From Clostridia bacterium (GTDB lineage Bacteria; Bacillota; Clostridia; Oscillospirales; CAG-272), in contig JAFTRA010000018.1 of assembly GCA_017462485.1 (NCBI GenBank), forward strand, positions 13,667 to 77,666: DNA of 64,000 nt, read 5' to 3'. The position numbers and the translations under genes are program-made. Of the stretch, positions 47,067-57,490 are shown one piece after another (position 1 is the first letter of the stretch; the number at the start of each line of letters is the position of its first letter). Below the pieces are notes generated by a model. The model saw only the letters and a list, made by a program, of their open reading frames with translations. It was not told the origin of the DNA and did no database searches.

Positions 47067-48491
47067 ATGAAAATACTATACGTAACAAGTGAAGCCAATC
47101 CTTACGCTGCCAGCGGTGGACTTGGTGACGTTCTCGGTGCGCTTCCGATAACGGTAGCGGAGGATAATCCCGATGCCGAGGTAAGCGTTATAATGCCGCT
47201 CTACGACACGATGAAGGAAATTTACAGAAAACAGCTCGTAAAGGTTAAGGATATTTCTTTCAAATACTCGTGGAGAGACTCCGGAGCTTCTATCTTTAAA
47301 ATTCAAAACGGAAAGGTTACTTATTATTTCGTTGAAAATCACCGTTATTTTGAAAGAGGAAAGCTTTACGGAGAATTTGACGATGCCGAGCGCTTTGCGT
47401 TCTTCTCACTCGCAGTCGTTGAGTATATGATTCAAACGGGAAACGTTCCGGATATACTTCACGCTAACGATTGGCAGACCGCACTTACCGTCGTTTATCT
47501 TAAAACGAGATTTGCTTCTATGAAAGAGCTTTCGGGTATCAGAACCGTTTATACGATTCATAATATCGAATATCAAGGAAAGTTTGATTCTCGTATTTTG
47601 GGTGATATTTTCGCTCTTGACGGTTACGCCGGTGTTCTTGAATATAACGGTTGCATAAACTTAATGAAGGGTGCGATAACAGTATCCGATTTTATAACTA
47701 CGGTCAGCCCCAACTATGCTTTTGAGCTTCATCACGATTTCTTTGCGTTCGGCCTTGCTGACGTTATTCACAATTCGGCGGCAAAGCTTAAGGGTGTTAT
47801 AAACGGAATCGATTATAATTATTTCTCTCCTGAAAAGGGCGGAGATATCGAATACCCCTATTCCAAGGAAAACGTGAGTGAAGGTAAGCGTAAGAATAAG
47901 CTTGCTTTCCAAAAGGAAGTAGGCTTACCTGAAAATGCTGATATTCCTCTCGTTGTTATGATAACGAGACTTGCTACCCAGAAGGGAATAGACCTGGTAG
48001 CTGCGATTATTGAAGAGCTTCTCCGTGAGGACATTCAGTTCGTTATTCTCGGAACAGGAGAGACGGAATATGAGAATATGTTTAAGGCTCTCGAAGCATC
48101 TCATCCAAATTTAAAGGCTCTTATCAAGTTCGACCGTGTCATTTCAAAGAAAATGTACGCTTCAGCGGATATATTCGTAATGCCCTCGAAGAGCGAGCCC
48201 TGCGGTCTTGCGCAGATGATTGCTTGCTCCTACGGCACTGTACCTGTCGTTCGCGCTGTCGGCGGTCTGTTTGACTCAATCAAGCCTTACGGCTCAGAGG
48301 GAGAAAACGGATTCACGTTCGATAATTATAATGCGCATGAGCTCTTATTTACTGTGAAAAGAGCGCTCGACGTTTATAAAGACAAAGATGCTTGGAACAG
48401 TCTTGTGATGAAAGCTAAAATTTCAGATTTCTCATGGGGAATATCCGCAGCAAAATATATGAAAATTTACAATAAATTGTTAGAATGGTAA
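47067..48491 (+). CDS. glgA: glycogen synthase
   Basis: 474 aa. The N-terminal SEANPYAASGGLGDV motif is present and the protein looks like a GT5 enzyme. Confidence 0.93.
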   Translation: MKILYVTSEANPYAASGGLGDVLGALPITVAEDNPDAEVSVIMPLYDTMKEIYRKQLVKVKDISFKYSWRDSGASIFKIQNGKVTYYFVENHRYFERGKLYGEFDDAERFAFFSLAVVEYMIQTGNVPDILHANDWQTALTVVYLKTRFASMKELSGIRTVYTIHNIEYQGKFDSRILGDIFALDGYAGVLEYNGCINLMKGAITVSDFITTVSPNYAFELHHDFFAFGLADVIHNSAAKLKGVINGIDYNYFSPEKGGDIEYPYSKENVSEGKRKNKLAFQKEVGLPENADIPLVVMITRLATQKGIDLVAAIIEELLREDIQFVILGTGETEYENMFKALEASHPNLKALIKFDRVISKKMYASADIFVMPSKSEPCGLAQMIACSYGTVPVVRAVGGLFDSIKPYGSEGENGFTFDNYNAHELLFTVKRALDVYKDKDAWNSLVMKAKISDFSWGISAAKYMKIYNKLLEW

Positions 48492-48507
48492 GGATGTAAT
48501 AGTTACA

Positions 48508-50982
48508 ATGGTTAATCACGCAAGCACAAATCCTGTCGCAGGAGAAAAGACTAAAATTTCAAAATCAGAACTTAAAGAAAGAATCGAAGCCAAGCTTATA
48601 ACTCGTGGAGTTTACGACCCCAAGGGCGCAACCGACGAGCAGATTTATCAGGCAACGGTTCTTGCTATAAAAGACATTATGCTCGAATATCGCTCTGATT
48701 TCAGAAAACGTATAAGAGCTGTTGACGGTAAAAAGGTATTCTATCTTTGTATGGAGTTCCTTGTTGGAAGATGTCTAAAAAATGACTCTATGAATCTCGG
48801 CATTTACGATGATCTTTGTGAGGTAATCTCCGAATTCGGCTCATCGTTCGATAAGGTATATTCCTGCGAAGTGGACCCGGGCCTCGGAAACGGCGGTCTC
48901 GGTCGTCTTGCTGCTTGCTTTATGGATTCTCTTACCGCACTCGACTATGCGGCAAACGGTTATTCGCTTCTTTATGAAAACGGTCTTTTCAAGCAGAAAA
49001 TTATTGATGGCGAGCAGGTAGAGCTCCCTGATAGCTGGCTTGGAAGCGGCGGCGCTTGGCTCGTTCCAAGACCTGAAAAGAGCATAACCGTAAGATTTGG
49101 CGGAAGAATAGAGGAAAAGTGGGAAAACGGCGAGCTTAAATTCATGAATTATGATTATGATGAAGTTAAAGCTGTTCCTTACGACCTTCTTATACCGGGA
49201 ACTGTTACGAACGCTGTGAATAAAATTTGTCTTTGGAGATCCCGTCAGGCATATTCCTCGGTGATGCATTATACATCTCAGGCTTCATATATGAAGAATC
49301 TTTCTAACAGCAACAATGCCGAGGTAATTACGCAGCAGCTTTATCCTAACGATAATTACGACGAGGGTAAGCTTCTCCGTTTGACACAGCAGTATTTCTT
49401 GGTTTCCGCATCCTTGCAGAGTATTATCAGCGACTATTTTGCGGAGCACGGTTCTCTTAAAAACTTTGAAAATAAGGTGGCTATCCATATTAACGATACT
49501 CACCCGGCTCTTTGTATCCCCGAGCTTATGCGTATTCTTATGGACGTTTATTCGTACTCTTGGGATGACGCTTGGGCAATAGTAGTTAAAACTGTTTCAT
49601 ATACTAACCATACGGTTCTTCCCGAAGCACTCGAATGCTGGAGAGTTGATCTCTTCAGTATGAAGCTTCCGAGAATTTATATGATAGTCAATGAGATAAA
49701 CCGCAGATTTACCGCAGATTTATGGAATCTTTATCCCGGTGACTGGGATAGAATTTCGAGAATGGCTATCGTTGCATACAATCAGGTTCGTATGGCTAAT
49801 CTCTCTGTTGTGGGCTCTCATACCGTAAACGGTGTTTCGCAGCTCCATAGTGATATTCTTAAGAAGACCATTTTCCACGATTTCTATAAGATGACGCCTT
49901 GGAAGTTCACAAACGTTACAAACGGAGTAGTTCACCGCAGATGGCTTAATTACTCTAACCCCCGTCTTTGCAAGCTCCTTGACGAGCTTATCGGTACGGA
50001 ATACCGTGAAGATGCAAGCCAGCTTATAAAGCTTGAGGAATTCAAGGACGATAAGAATGTTCTCCGTCAGATTGATGAGATTAAGCATTACAACAAAGAA
50101 ACCTTTGCTTACTACGCATATGAAAAAACGGGTAAGAGAATTGACCCTGCGTCAATATTCGACGTGCAGATAAAGAGAATGCACGAGTATAAGCGTCAGC
50201 TCTTGAACGTGCTTAAAATTATCTCTCTTTATAACGAGATTCTTGAAAATCCCAATGCCGATATTCCTCCGCAGACATTCATCTTCGGATGTAAGGCAGC
50301 GCCCGGATATGCTATGGCAAAGAAGCTTATAAAGCTTATATGGTTCCTTTCGGAAGAGCTTGAGAAGAATCCTCTTACAAGAGACAGACTTAAGGTTGTC
50401 TTTATGGAGGAATATAACGTTTCTCTTGCCGAGGTTCTTATACCCTCTGCCGATATTTCAGAGCAGATATCCCTTGCAGGTAAGGAAGCGAGCGGTACGG
50501 GTTGTATGAAGCTTATGATGAACGGTGCGTTGACTATGGGAACGCTTGACGGCGCAAACGTAGAAATCCTCGCAGCAACAGGCAGAGATAACATTTATAT
50601 ATTTGGTCTTAATACTCCCGAGGTTGAGGAGCTTTGGAGAAACGGATACGTATCCCGTGACTTCTATCACCGCTCGAATAAGCTTAAAAAGGTGGTTGAC
50701 AGATTCAATCATCCTATCGGAGGTCAGGACTTCTCGCATATTGCCGATTACCTTATTAACGGCGGTTACGGAGTTGCCGATCCGTTTATGTGTCTTGCAG
50801 ACTTTGATTCTTACGTCTATGCTTACGGCAGAGCTATGAAGGATTATAAGGACCGTGAGATGTGGAGCAGAATGTCACTTATGAATACTGCTACGAGCGG
50901 TATATTCGCATCTGATAACAGTATCAGCAAGTATGCGGATGAGATATGGCATGCAACTCCGATAAATAAGATTAAAATCTAA
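48508..50982 (+). CDS. glgP: glycogen/alpha-glucan phosphorylase
   Basis: 824 aa. The PLP-lysine region GKEASGTGCMKLMMNGA is present, and the whole sequence looks like a GT35 enzyme. Confidence 0.93.
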   Translation: MVNHASTNPVAGEKTKISKSELKERIEAKLITRGVYDPKGATDEQIYQATVLAIKDIMLEYRSDFRKRIRAVDGKKVFYLCMEFLVGRCLKNDSMNLGIYDDLCEVISEFGSSFDKVYSCEVDPGLGNGGLGRLAACFMDSLTALDYAANGYSLLYENGLFKQKIIDGEQVELPDSWLGSGGAWLVPRPEKSITVRFGGRIEEKWENGELKFMNYDYDEVKAVPYDLLIPGTVTNAVNKICLWRSRQAYSSVMHYTSQASYMKNLSNSNNAEVITQQLYPNDNYDEGKLLRLTQQYFLVSASLQSIISDYFAEHGSLKNFENKVAIHINDTHPALCIPELMRILMDVYSYSWDDAWAIVVKTVSYTNHTVLPEALECWRVDLFSMKLPRIYMIVNEINRRFTADLWNLYPGDWDRISRMAIVAYNQVRMANLSVVGSHTVNGVSQLHSDILKKTIFHDFYKMTPWKFTNVTNGVVHRRWLNYSNPRLCKLLDELIGTEYREDASQLIKLEEFKDDKNVLRQIDEIKHYNKETFAYYAYEKTGKRIDPASIFDVQIKRMHEYKRQLLNVLKIISLYNEILENPNADIPPQTFIFGCKAAPGYAMAKKLIKLIWFLSEELEKNPLTRDRLKVVFMEEYNVSLAEVLIPSADISEQISLAGKEASGTGCMKLMMNGALTMGTLDGANVEILAATGRDNIYIFGLNTPEVEELWRNGYVSRDFYHRSNKLKKVVDRFNHPIGGQDFSHIADYLINGGYGVADPFMCLADFDSYVYAYGRAMKDYKDREMWSRMSLMNTATSGIFASDNSISKYADEIWHATPINKIKI

Positions 50983-51003
50983 TTTCACTTTGAGGTTTGT
51001 TTT

Positions 51004-52914
51004 GTGAAATCGCTTAGAGTTTCATACTTGGATGTTTCCTTTGCCACGGGCTCTGTTTCCTATCTTCACGATGGGAAGAGCCTTGGCTCAGGAGCGTTTG
51101 AATTTAATAAAAAGGCAGAACTCAGAATACTGCTCCCACGTGCGTTGGGAGTGGTTTCTGTTTTAGCTAATTTGTATGATGAATACAATCGTTTGATAAG
51201 AACGGAGGAGTGCAAACTTTTATCCGTAGATTTGAAAAACGATGCATATTCACTAGTGCTAAAGAATTTTGATATAGGCATATACTTCTTTTCTTTCAAA
51301 ATAAACTGTGTAGCAGGCGAGCTTTACGGTATGAAGGGAAAGGGCAGAGAGCTTATCCTAAAAACAAAAGAGGAAGGCGCTCACTTCCAGTTCTCGATAG
51401 TAAATTTCGAACACGAAGTGCCAAAGCAGCATTTTGGCGGATTGATTTATCACATATTTGTGGATAGATTCAATCGTGGCGGAAACGTCAAAAAACGTAA
51501 AGATGCCCGTCTTATGAAAGAGTGGGAGGGCGCAATTCCCGAATATCCTGAATATCCGGGAGCGCACCTTGAAAATAATACGTTTTTCGGCGGAACGATA
51601 TACGGTATTATAGAGAAGCTTGATTATATCAAGTCGCTTGGTACTACGCTTATCTACTTAAGCCCGATTTTTGAAGCGTATTCAAACCATAAGTATGATA
51701 CAGGCGATTATATGACAGTTGACGCTATGTTTGGCGGTGAAGAGGCTCTCATAAAGCTTATAAAAGAAGCCGAGGCTCGCGGGATAGGTATTATACTTGA
51801 CGGTGTCTTTAATCATACCGGTTCTGACAGTATCTATTTCAATAAAAACGAACGCTATAAAACGCTTGGCGCATACCAATCTAAAGAATCGCCTTATTAT
51901 AAATGGTATAATTTTGAAAAATATCCCGATAAATATACTTCTTGGTGGGGAATTGAAATATTACCGAGAATTCACCCCGACGTTAAGGAGTGCGGTGATT
52001 TCATAGCGGGCGATGGCGGTGTTATTGAGAAGTACTCTCGACTTGGAATAACCGGATTCAGATTGGACGTTGCCGACGAGCTTTCTGATGAATTTATCGC
52101 TAAAATCAAATCGAAAATGCTTGGGTTCAATCCCTCCTCGGTTCTCTATGGAGAGGTGTGGGAGGACGCTTCAAACAAGATTGCGTATGATAAAAGAAAA
52201 CATTATTATCTCGGGCGAGAGCTTGACGGTGTAATGAATTATCCTTTGAGAAACGGAATAATTTCGTTTTTGAAGAATAATGATAAATCAGAGCTTGAAT
52301 ATGAATTTCTTGACGTTATGTTCAACGCGCCCGTTCGTGTTCGCAATATGCAGATGAATCTTCTTGGTACGCATGATACAGAGCGCATAATAACAATACT
52401 TGCAGGCGTGAGTGCTGACGGAAAGAGCAACGATGTTCTCGCGCATACCTATCTTACGGATGAAGAAAAGGCAAACGGTATAAAGCTTTTGAAAATGGCT
52501 TATACAATTTTGGCTACCGTTCCGGGCTTGCCCACCATTTTCTACGGTGATGAGGTTGGACTTGAGGGATACAAGGATCCTTTTAACAGAAGACCGTATC
52601 CGTGGAAATCGGGAAATGACGAAATACGCAATTTTTATAAGTTGATAGGAAAGATAAGAAGCTCAAATGACGTTTATGCTGACGGAGATTTCGAGCTTGT
52701 GCATCTTGATGATGAAACGCTTTTGTTTGCGCGCAAAAAAGATAACGATGCGTGCCTTACGGTTGTTAACAACTCGAAGTCGGATATAAAAATAAAGCTT
52801 TCGGGCAAGGCTTGTTCGCTTACCTCTGATATTGAAGCCAAAGAATTTATATTGTCTCCTAAAACATCAGATATAATAAAAATTAAATCAACAACAAATA
52901 TAGAAATCACATAA
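51004..52914 (+). CDS. GH13 alpha-amylase-family glycoside hydrolase (neopullulanase/debranching-like) with an unassigned N-terminal domain
   Basis: GTG start at 51004 follows a GAGG SD. Conserved regions DGVFNHTG, GFRLDVADEL, YGEVWE and LLGTHDTER are present. Confidence 0.85.
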   Translation: MKSLRVSYLDVSFATGSVSYLHDGKSLGSGAFEFNKKAELRILLPRALGVVSVLANLYDEYNRLIRTEECKLLSVDLKNDAYSLVLKNFDIGIYFFSFKINCVAGELYGMKGKGRELILKTKEEGAHFQFSIVNFEHEVPKQHFGGLIYHIFVDRFNRGGNVKKRKDARLMKEWEGAIPEYPEYPGAHLENNTFFGGTIYGIIEKLDYIKSLGTTLIYLSPIFEAYSNHKYDTGDYMTVDAMFGGEEALIKLIKEAEARGIGIILDGVFNHTGSDSIYFNKNERYKTLGAYQSKESPYYKWYNFEKYPDKYTSWWGIEILPRIHPDVKECGDFIAGDGGVIEKYSRLGITGFRLDVADELSDEFIAKIKSKMLGFNPSSVLYGEVWEDASNKIAYDKRKHYYLGRELDGVMNYPLRNGIISFLKNNDKSELEYEFLDVMFNAPVRVRNMQMNLLGTHDTERIITILAGVSADGKSNDVLAHTYLTDEEKANGIKLLKMAYTILATVPGLPTIFYGDEVGLEGYKDPFNRRPYPWKSGNDEIRNFYKLIGKIRSSNDVYADGDFELVHLDDETLLFARKKDNDACLTVVNNSKSDIKIKLSGKACSLTSDIEAKEFILSPKTSDIIKIKSTTNIEIT

Positions 52915-52952
52915 AACGCAGGAGAACCACGAAAAAACGTGGCAGAAATCAC

Positions 52953-53462
52953 ATGATACTCACTCTTATAGGGATGCCCGGATGCGGAAAAAGCTGCATG
53001 GGTCGTGCTATTTCCAGAAAACTCGGTATGAAGAATATTGATGGAGATAAGCTTATTGAGCATAGATTAGGAAAAAAACTCTACCAGATAATAGATGAAG
53101 TTGGACTTGACGGATTCAAAGAAATCGAAAGGAAAACGCTTCTTTCGATAAACGAAGATAACGTCGTTGTTTCACCCGGTGGAAGTGCGGTTTATTATCC
53201 TGACGTCATGGAGCATTTTAAGAGAATAGGAAAGATAATTTATTTATACTGTTCATATGATGTCATAGAAAAAAGACTTGGCGATTTTTCGAAAAGAGGA
53301 GTTGTCTTAAGACCTGATCAAACTCTTCGTGATTTGTATAATGAGAGAGTAGAGCTTTATAAAAAATACGCTGATATAACCGTTGATTGCAGCGGAGATG
53401 CGTATCCGAAGTATCAAGGAAGAGTGCTTTCTGCGATAAAATATGTCAAAGAATATATTTGA
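52953..53462 (+). CDS. shikimate kinase-like P-loop kinase
   Basis: 169 aa. P-loop GMPGCGKS, IDGD and PGGSAVYY (in place of the GGG motif) are present. It is not in an aro operon, so substrate assignment is tentative. Confidence 0.6.
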   Translation: MILTLIGMPGCGKSCMGRAISRKLGMKNIDGDKLIEHRLGKKLYQIIDEVGLDGFKEIERKTLLSINEDNVVVSPGGSAVYYPDVMEHFKRIGKIIYLYCSYDVIEKRLGDFSKRGVVLRPDQTLRDLYNERVELYKKYADITVDCSGDAYPKYQGRVLSAIKYVKEYI

Positions 53463-53577
53463 TGTGGATAGCCAGTATGACTTGCCGAGCGAATTTTCGA
53501 AAAATATCATCAGATTTTCATTCGATTTAGGTTGGTATTGGCTAAAGTGAAAGCTATCAGGTAAAAATAAAATAATC

Positions 53578-53623
53578 AAGAGACTGATTGGATGTTTTTC
53601 GCATCTTGAGCAGTCTCTTTTTT
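53578..53623. terminator. intrinsic terminator between convergent kinase (+) and desulfurase (-) genes
   Basis: AAGAGACTG (53578-53586) pairs with CAGTCTCTT (53611-53619), followed by a T-run. An A-rich stretch lies 5'. Confidence 0.7.
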
Positions 53624-53651
53624 ATATTTAATTACATACAAAAATCGTCTT

Positions 53652-54764
53652 TCAGAACAATATTTCACGTAGAGCCTTAACCAAATGTTCAGCATCGGAT
53701 TCCTTATTGAATATTGATAAGCTGACACGTATTAAACCGGTATTGTAACTACCGAGTGTTCTGTGCGCAAGAGGTGAACAGTGCAGGCCCTCTCTTATGC
53801 AAATACCGAATCTGTCAAGCTCGGAAGCTATTTCTGATGACTCCTTATCTCGAAATCTGAACGATATAATTCCGTTTTCGGAGCCGAAGAGCTCAATGCC
53901 GTCAATTTGCTTTAGCGACTCATGAAAAATGTCCGTAAGCATTTTGTTTTTTTCTTCTATATAGTGTAATCCCAGCTTGTTAATATATTCTATTCCAGCA
54001 CGAAGGGCAACTATTGATGGGGTTGGAAGAGTGCCTGCTTCCATCCTTTCAGGCAGATTTTTAGGCATGCCCGGGTTTTTGGATTCGTTGCCGCTGCCCC
54101 CTTCAATAACGGTTTGTGTCGGAATCTCTTTTCCAAATACCAGAAAGCCTGCGCCCTGTATGCCGAAGAGCCCCTTATGTCCGGGAGCGCAAAGCGCATC
54201 GCAGGGATTTTTGGATAGATTGATTTTTTTGTGACCTATTAGCTGGGAAGCGTCAACTATCAACAAAAGGTTATGCTTTTTTGCAATTTTTGATAAAATT
54301 TCAAGAGGTATTTCCTTGCCGCTAACGTTTGACATCAGCGTAGAAACTATTGCTTTTGTAGTTGGTTTGATACACTTTTTTATATTTTCAGCTATATCAC
54401 CGCTTGTGGAAAAGACCGAATAATCTATACCTTTTGTTTTATGAAGCTTATGAATCGGGCGAAGAACCGAATTATGCTCTAGATCGGAAATCAATACGTG
54501 GCATTTTTTCGTAATAAGGCCTTTTATAGCAAAGTTAAGCGCATAAGTCGCGTTTGCGGTAAAGCAAACGTTTTCCGGGGAATTTGCGGAAAGGAAATCG
54601 GATACGCACTCTCTTGCGCGGTATATTTCTTCACTCGTTCTTATGGCTAGGGAATGAGAGCTGCGTCCCGAATTTGCGCAGTATTTTTTTATACAAATTT
54701 CGGTTTCTTCAATTACCGACCTTGGCTTTGGAAAGCTTGTTGCGGCGTTGTCAAGATAGATCAT
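53652..54764 (-). CDS. class V aminotransferase-fold cysteine desulfurase family protein
   Basis: 370 aa. The PLP-Lys region APGHKGLFG and active-site Cys region REGLHCSPLAHR are present. Confidence 0.82.
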   Translation of the reverse strand: MIYLDNAATSFPKPRSVIEETEICIKKYCANSGRSSHSLAIRTSEEIYRARECVSDFLSANSPENVCFTANATYALNFAIKGLITKKCHVLISDLEHNSVLRPIHKLHKTKGIDYSVFSTSGDIAENIKKCIKPTTKAIVSTLMSNVSGKEIPLEILSKIAKKHNLLLIVDASQLIGHKKINLSKNPCDALCAPGHKGLFGIQGAGFLVFGKEIPTQTVIEGGSGNESKNPGMPKNLPERMEAGTLPTPSIVALRAGIEYINKLGLHYIEEKNKMLTDIFHESLKQIDGIELFGSENGIISFRFRDKESSEIASELDRFGICIREGLHCSPLAHRTLGSYNTGLIRVSLSIFNKESDAEHLVKALREILF

Positions 54765-54815
54765 TTACTTAAGCTCCGTTTCTTTTTTCTTTTTTGTCCA
54801 AGGCCATAACGTTAG

Positions 54816-55034
54816 CTATTCACCGTAAAGCGAATATGCTATACCGTTTTCACGAAGAATGCGTACGGCCTCTAAAAGTAACGAACTGTTAAATTCTATT
54901 CCGTGAGTGCAGCCGTTATTGCTTTGAGAAGCGTCAATTTTTACGATTCTGGAATCTATATTTTGTTTTGAAAGGAGTTTTCGTCCCTTAATAGCATAGG
55001 TTACTGAGCTGACTGTAATAATTACTTTTTTCAT
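54816..55034 (-). CDS. DUF3343-family small protein (putative S/Se carrier-like)
   Basis: 72 aa. Size, layout and the single conserved-looking Cys (NNGCTHGIEF) resemble DUF3343. It lies upstream of and co-oriented with the desulfurase gene. Confidence 0.6.
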   Translation of the reverse strand: MKKVIITVSSVTYAIKGRKLLSKQNIDSRIVKIDASQSNNGCTHGIEFNSSLLLEAVRILRENGIAYSLYGE

Positions 55035-55187
55035 TTTTCAATTTCCTTTTCAAAAAAATTATACAATAGCAGTTTATGAAAAAAATCTTTTAAAGTTGAC
55101 CAATAAAGATAAAAAATGCTGGACTTTTGTAAAAAAATATGATATACTATATTGTAAATCTTTTAGAATTTTTGGGAGTGGGAAAAA

Positions 55188-55796
55188 TTGGAAATATTCC
55201 GACTTACAGATGATAAAAAATTTGCATCGAACTGTTATATTCTTGTTTCTGAAAAATCCTTTTCCGTCGTAGATCCGTCGATTTCCTACGAGGATGCTTT
55301 GATGAGCGTACCTGCTATCAGCTCCTTGGAGCCCGAGTACGTCCTTTTAACTCACGGTCACCTTGATCATATATGGGAGATTGACACATACGTAGAGCGT
55401 GGACTTAAGGTTCTTGTTTCGGAGGAGGATGGTAAAATGCTTTCCGATACGGCTCTCAATTGCGCATTTATGTTAAGAGGTAAAATCAACTCGTATAAAG
55501 GTGAATACCAAGTAATTAAAGACGGTGAGGCAATCAAGGTAGGAGATAACGATTTTAAGGTAATTTCAACGCCAGGGCATACGAAGGGCTCGCTTTGTTA
55601 TCTTTCAGATGAGATTATATTTACAGGAGATACATTGTTTGCGGGCGGCTCTTACGGAAGATATGACCTTCCGAGCGGTAACCGCGAGGAGCTTAGCGCA
55701 TCTTTGCGAAAGCTGTTTATGCTTCCGGAAGACTTGCGTGTATATTCGGGGCACGGAGAAGCCACAAAATTGAAGGACACAAAATCATTCTTTTAA
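55188..55796 (+). CDS. MBL-fold metallo-hydrolase (glyoxalase II-like)
   Basis: TTG start follows a GGGAGTGGG SD. The HxHxDH motif (THGHLDH) and downstream His/Asp ligands are present. Confidence 0.82.
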   Translation: MEIFRLTDDKKFASNCYILVSEKSFSVVDPSISYEDALMSVPAISSLEPEYVLLTHGHLDHIWEIDTYVERGLKVLVSEEDGKMLSDTALNCAFMLRGKINSYKGEYQVIKDGEAIKVGDNDFKVISTPGHTKGSLCYLSDEIIFTGDTLFAGGSYGRYDLPSGNREELSASLRKLFMLPEDLRVYSGHGEATKLKDTKSFF

Positions 55797-55817
55797 AATA
55801 TAAAAGGGGAATCCAAA

Positions 55818-57479
55818 ATGGAAGAGCTCAAAAGTAATTTTATACATGACATAATAGACGAGGATCTTGCAAAGAATCCTGAACTTAAAATTCATACGAG
55901 ATTTCCTCCTGAGCCTAACGGATATCTTCATATCGGTTCGGCAAAGGCTATATGGATAAATGCGATGACCGCAAAAAAGTACGGCGGTTTGTTTAATCTT
56001 CGTTATGATGACACCAATCCCGCGAAGGAAGATAACGAGTACGTAGAAAGCATTTATGAGGATTTAAAATGGCTTGGATGCGAGCCTACGGGCGGTGTAT
56101 TTTACGGCTCGGACTACTTTGATAAGTGCTACGAGTATGCCGTTCAGCTCATAAAAGACGGTAAGGCATACGTTTGCGACCTTTCTGCAGACGAGCTCAG
56201 AGAGTATAGAGGTACGCTTACCGCTCCGGGTAAGAACAGTCCTTACAGAGATAGAAGCGTTGAAGAAAACCTTGACCTTTTTGAGAGAATGAAAAACGGC
56301 GAGTTTGAAGACGGTTCTAAAACACTTCGCGCTAAAATAGATATGGCGTCTCCGAATATGAATTTGCGTGACCCTGCTATTTACAGAATTGCGCATCTTT
56401 CTCATCACCGTCAGGGAGATAAGTGGTGCATATATCCCTTGTACGATTACGCTCATCCTATTCAGGACGCTATGGAGGGAATCACACATTCGCTTTGCTC
56501 GATAGAGTTTGAAAACCATAGACCTCTTTACGATTGGGTTATCGAAAATATAGGTATAAACAATAATCCTAATCCCAAGCAGAGAGAATTTGCGCGTCTT
56601 AACGTAACACACACGGTTATGTCAAAGCGCTATCTCCGAAAGCTTGTTGAAACGGGACTTGTTGACGGCTGGGATGACCCCAGAATGCCCACCCTTTGCG
56701 GACTTCGCAGACGTGGATACACTCCGTCGGCGATATTTGATTTCGTTGCGCGCGCAGGCGTCGCAAAGTCTTACAGTATAGTTGATTATGAGCTTCTCGA
56801 GCATTGTATAAGAGAAGAGCTTAACGCTACCGCAAACAGAAAGGTTGCTATTCTTCATCCAATCAAGGTAACCGTTACAAACTATCCCGAGGATAAGGTT
56901 GAATATTTCGAGCTTCCCAATAACCCCGCCGCTCCGGAATCCGGGACTCGCAAGGTTGCGTTTACGAGAGAGCTTTATATTGACGCAGACGATTTCGCAG
57001 AAGTTCCTCCGCCCAAGTTCTTCAGAATGAAGCCTGACGGAGAGGTTCGTCTTATGGGCGCTTATATTGTTAAGTGCAACGAGATAATCAAGGATGAGAT
57101 GGGTAACGTCAAGGAAATTCTTTGCACCGCAGATCTTGAAACGGGCAACGGAATGCCGATAGACGGCAGAAAGATAAAGGGAACTATTCATTGGCTTTCT
57201 AAGGAGCACTCTGCTGATGCTACAGTTATGCTTTACGATTTCCTCTTTGATATAGAGAATACCGCAGATATCCCAGAGGATAAAACCTACGATGATTATC
57301 TAAACACTTCATCTGTTATCAAGCTCGAGGGATGCAAGGTAGAGCCCTCGCTTATGGATGCCGAGCCTTCGGATAAGTTCCAGTTTGTAAGATGTGGATA
57401 TTTCGTAAAGGATACCAAGCACGAGAATACCTTCAATCGCATAGTAGGTCTTAAGGATAGCTTTCCTAAAAATAAATAA
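55818..57479 (+). CDS. glnS: glutamine--tRNA ligase
   Basis: 553 aa. The HIGH motif (HIGSAKA), the MSK motif (VMSKR) and a GlnRS-type anticodon-binding C-terminal half are present. Confidence 0.93.
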   Translation: MEELKSNFIHDIIDEDLAKNPELKIHTRFPPEPNGYLHIGSAKAIWINAMTAKKYGGLFNLRYDDTNPAKEDNEYVESIYEDLKWLGCEPTGGVFYGSDYFDKCYEYAVQLIKDGKAYVCDLSADELREYRGTLTAPGKNSPYRDRSVEENLDLFERMKNGEFEDGSKTLRAKIDMASPNMNLRDPAIYRIAHLSHHRQGDKWCIYPLYDYAHPIQDAMEGITHSLCSIEFENHRPLYDWVIENIGINNNPNPKQREFARLNVTHTVMSKRYLRKLVETGLVDGWDDPRMPTLCGLRRRGYTPSAIFDFVARAGVAKSYSIVDYELLEHCIREELNATANRKVAILHPIKVTVTNYPEDKVEYFELPNNPAAPESGTRKVAFTRELYIDADDFAEVPPPKFFRMKPDGEVRLMGAYIVKCNEIIKDEMGNVKEILCTADLETGNGMPIDGRKIKGTIHWLSKEHSADATVMLYDFLFDIENTADIPEDKTYDDYLNTSSVIKLEGCKVEPSLMDAEPSDKFQFVRCGYFVKDTKHENTFNRIVGLKDSFPKNK

Positions 57480-57490
57480 TTAAACTTAAA

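Noticed and set aside
53462-53530. A 22-codon ORF overlapping the kinase stop (TGATG), which could be a coupled micropeptide.
   Set aside because: There is no SD beyond the overlap and no recognisable sequence features, and the terminator follows. With only this one sequence there is not enough evidence.
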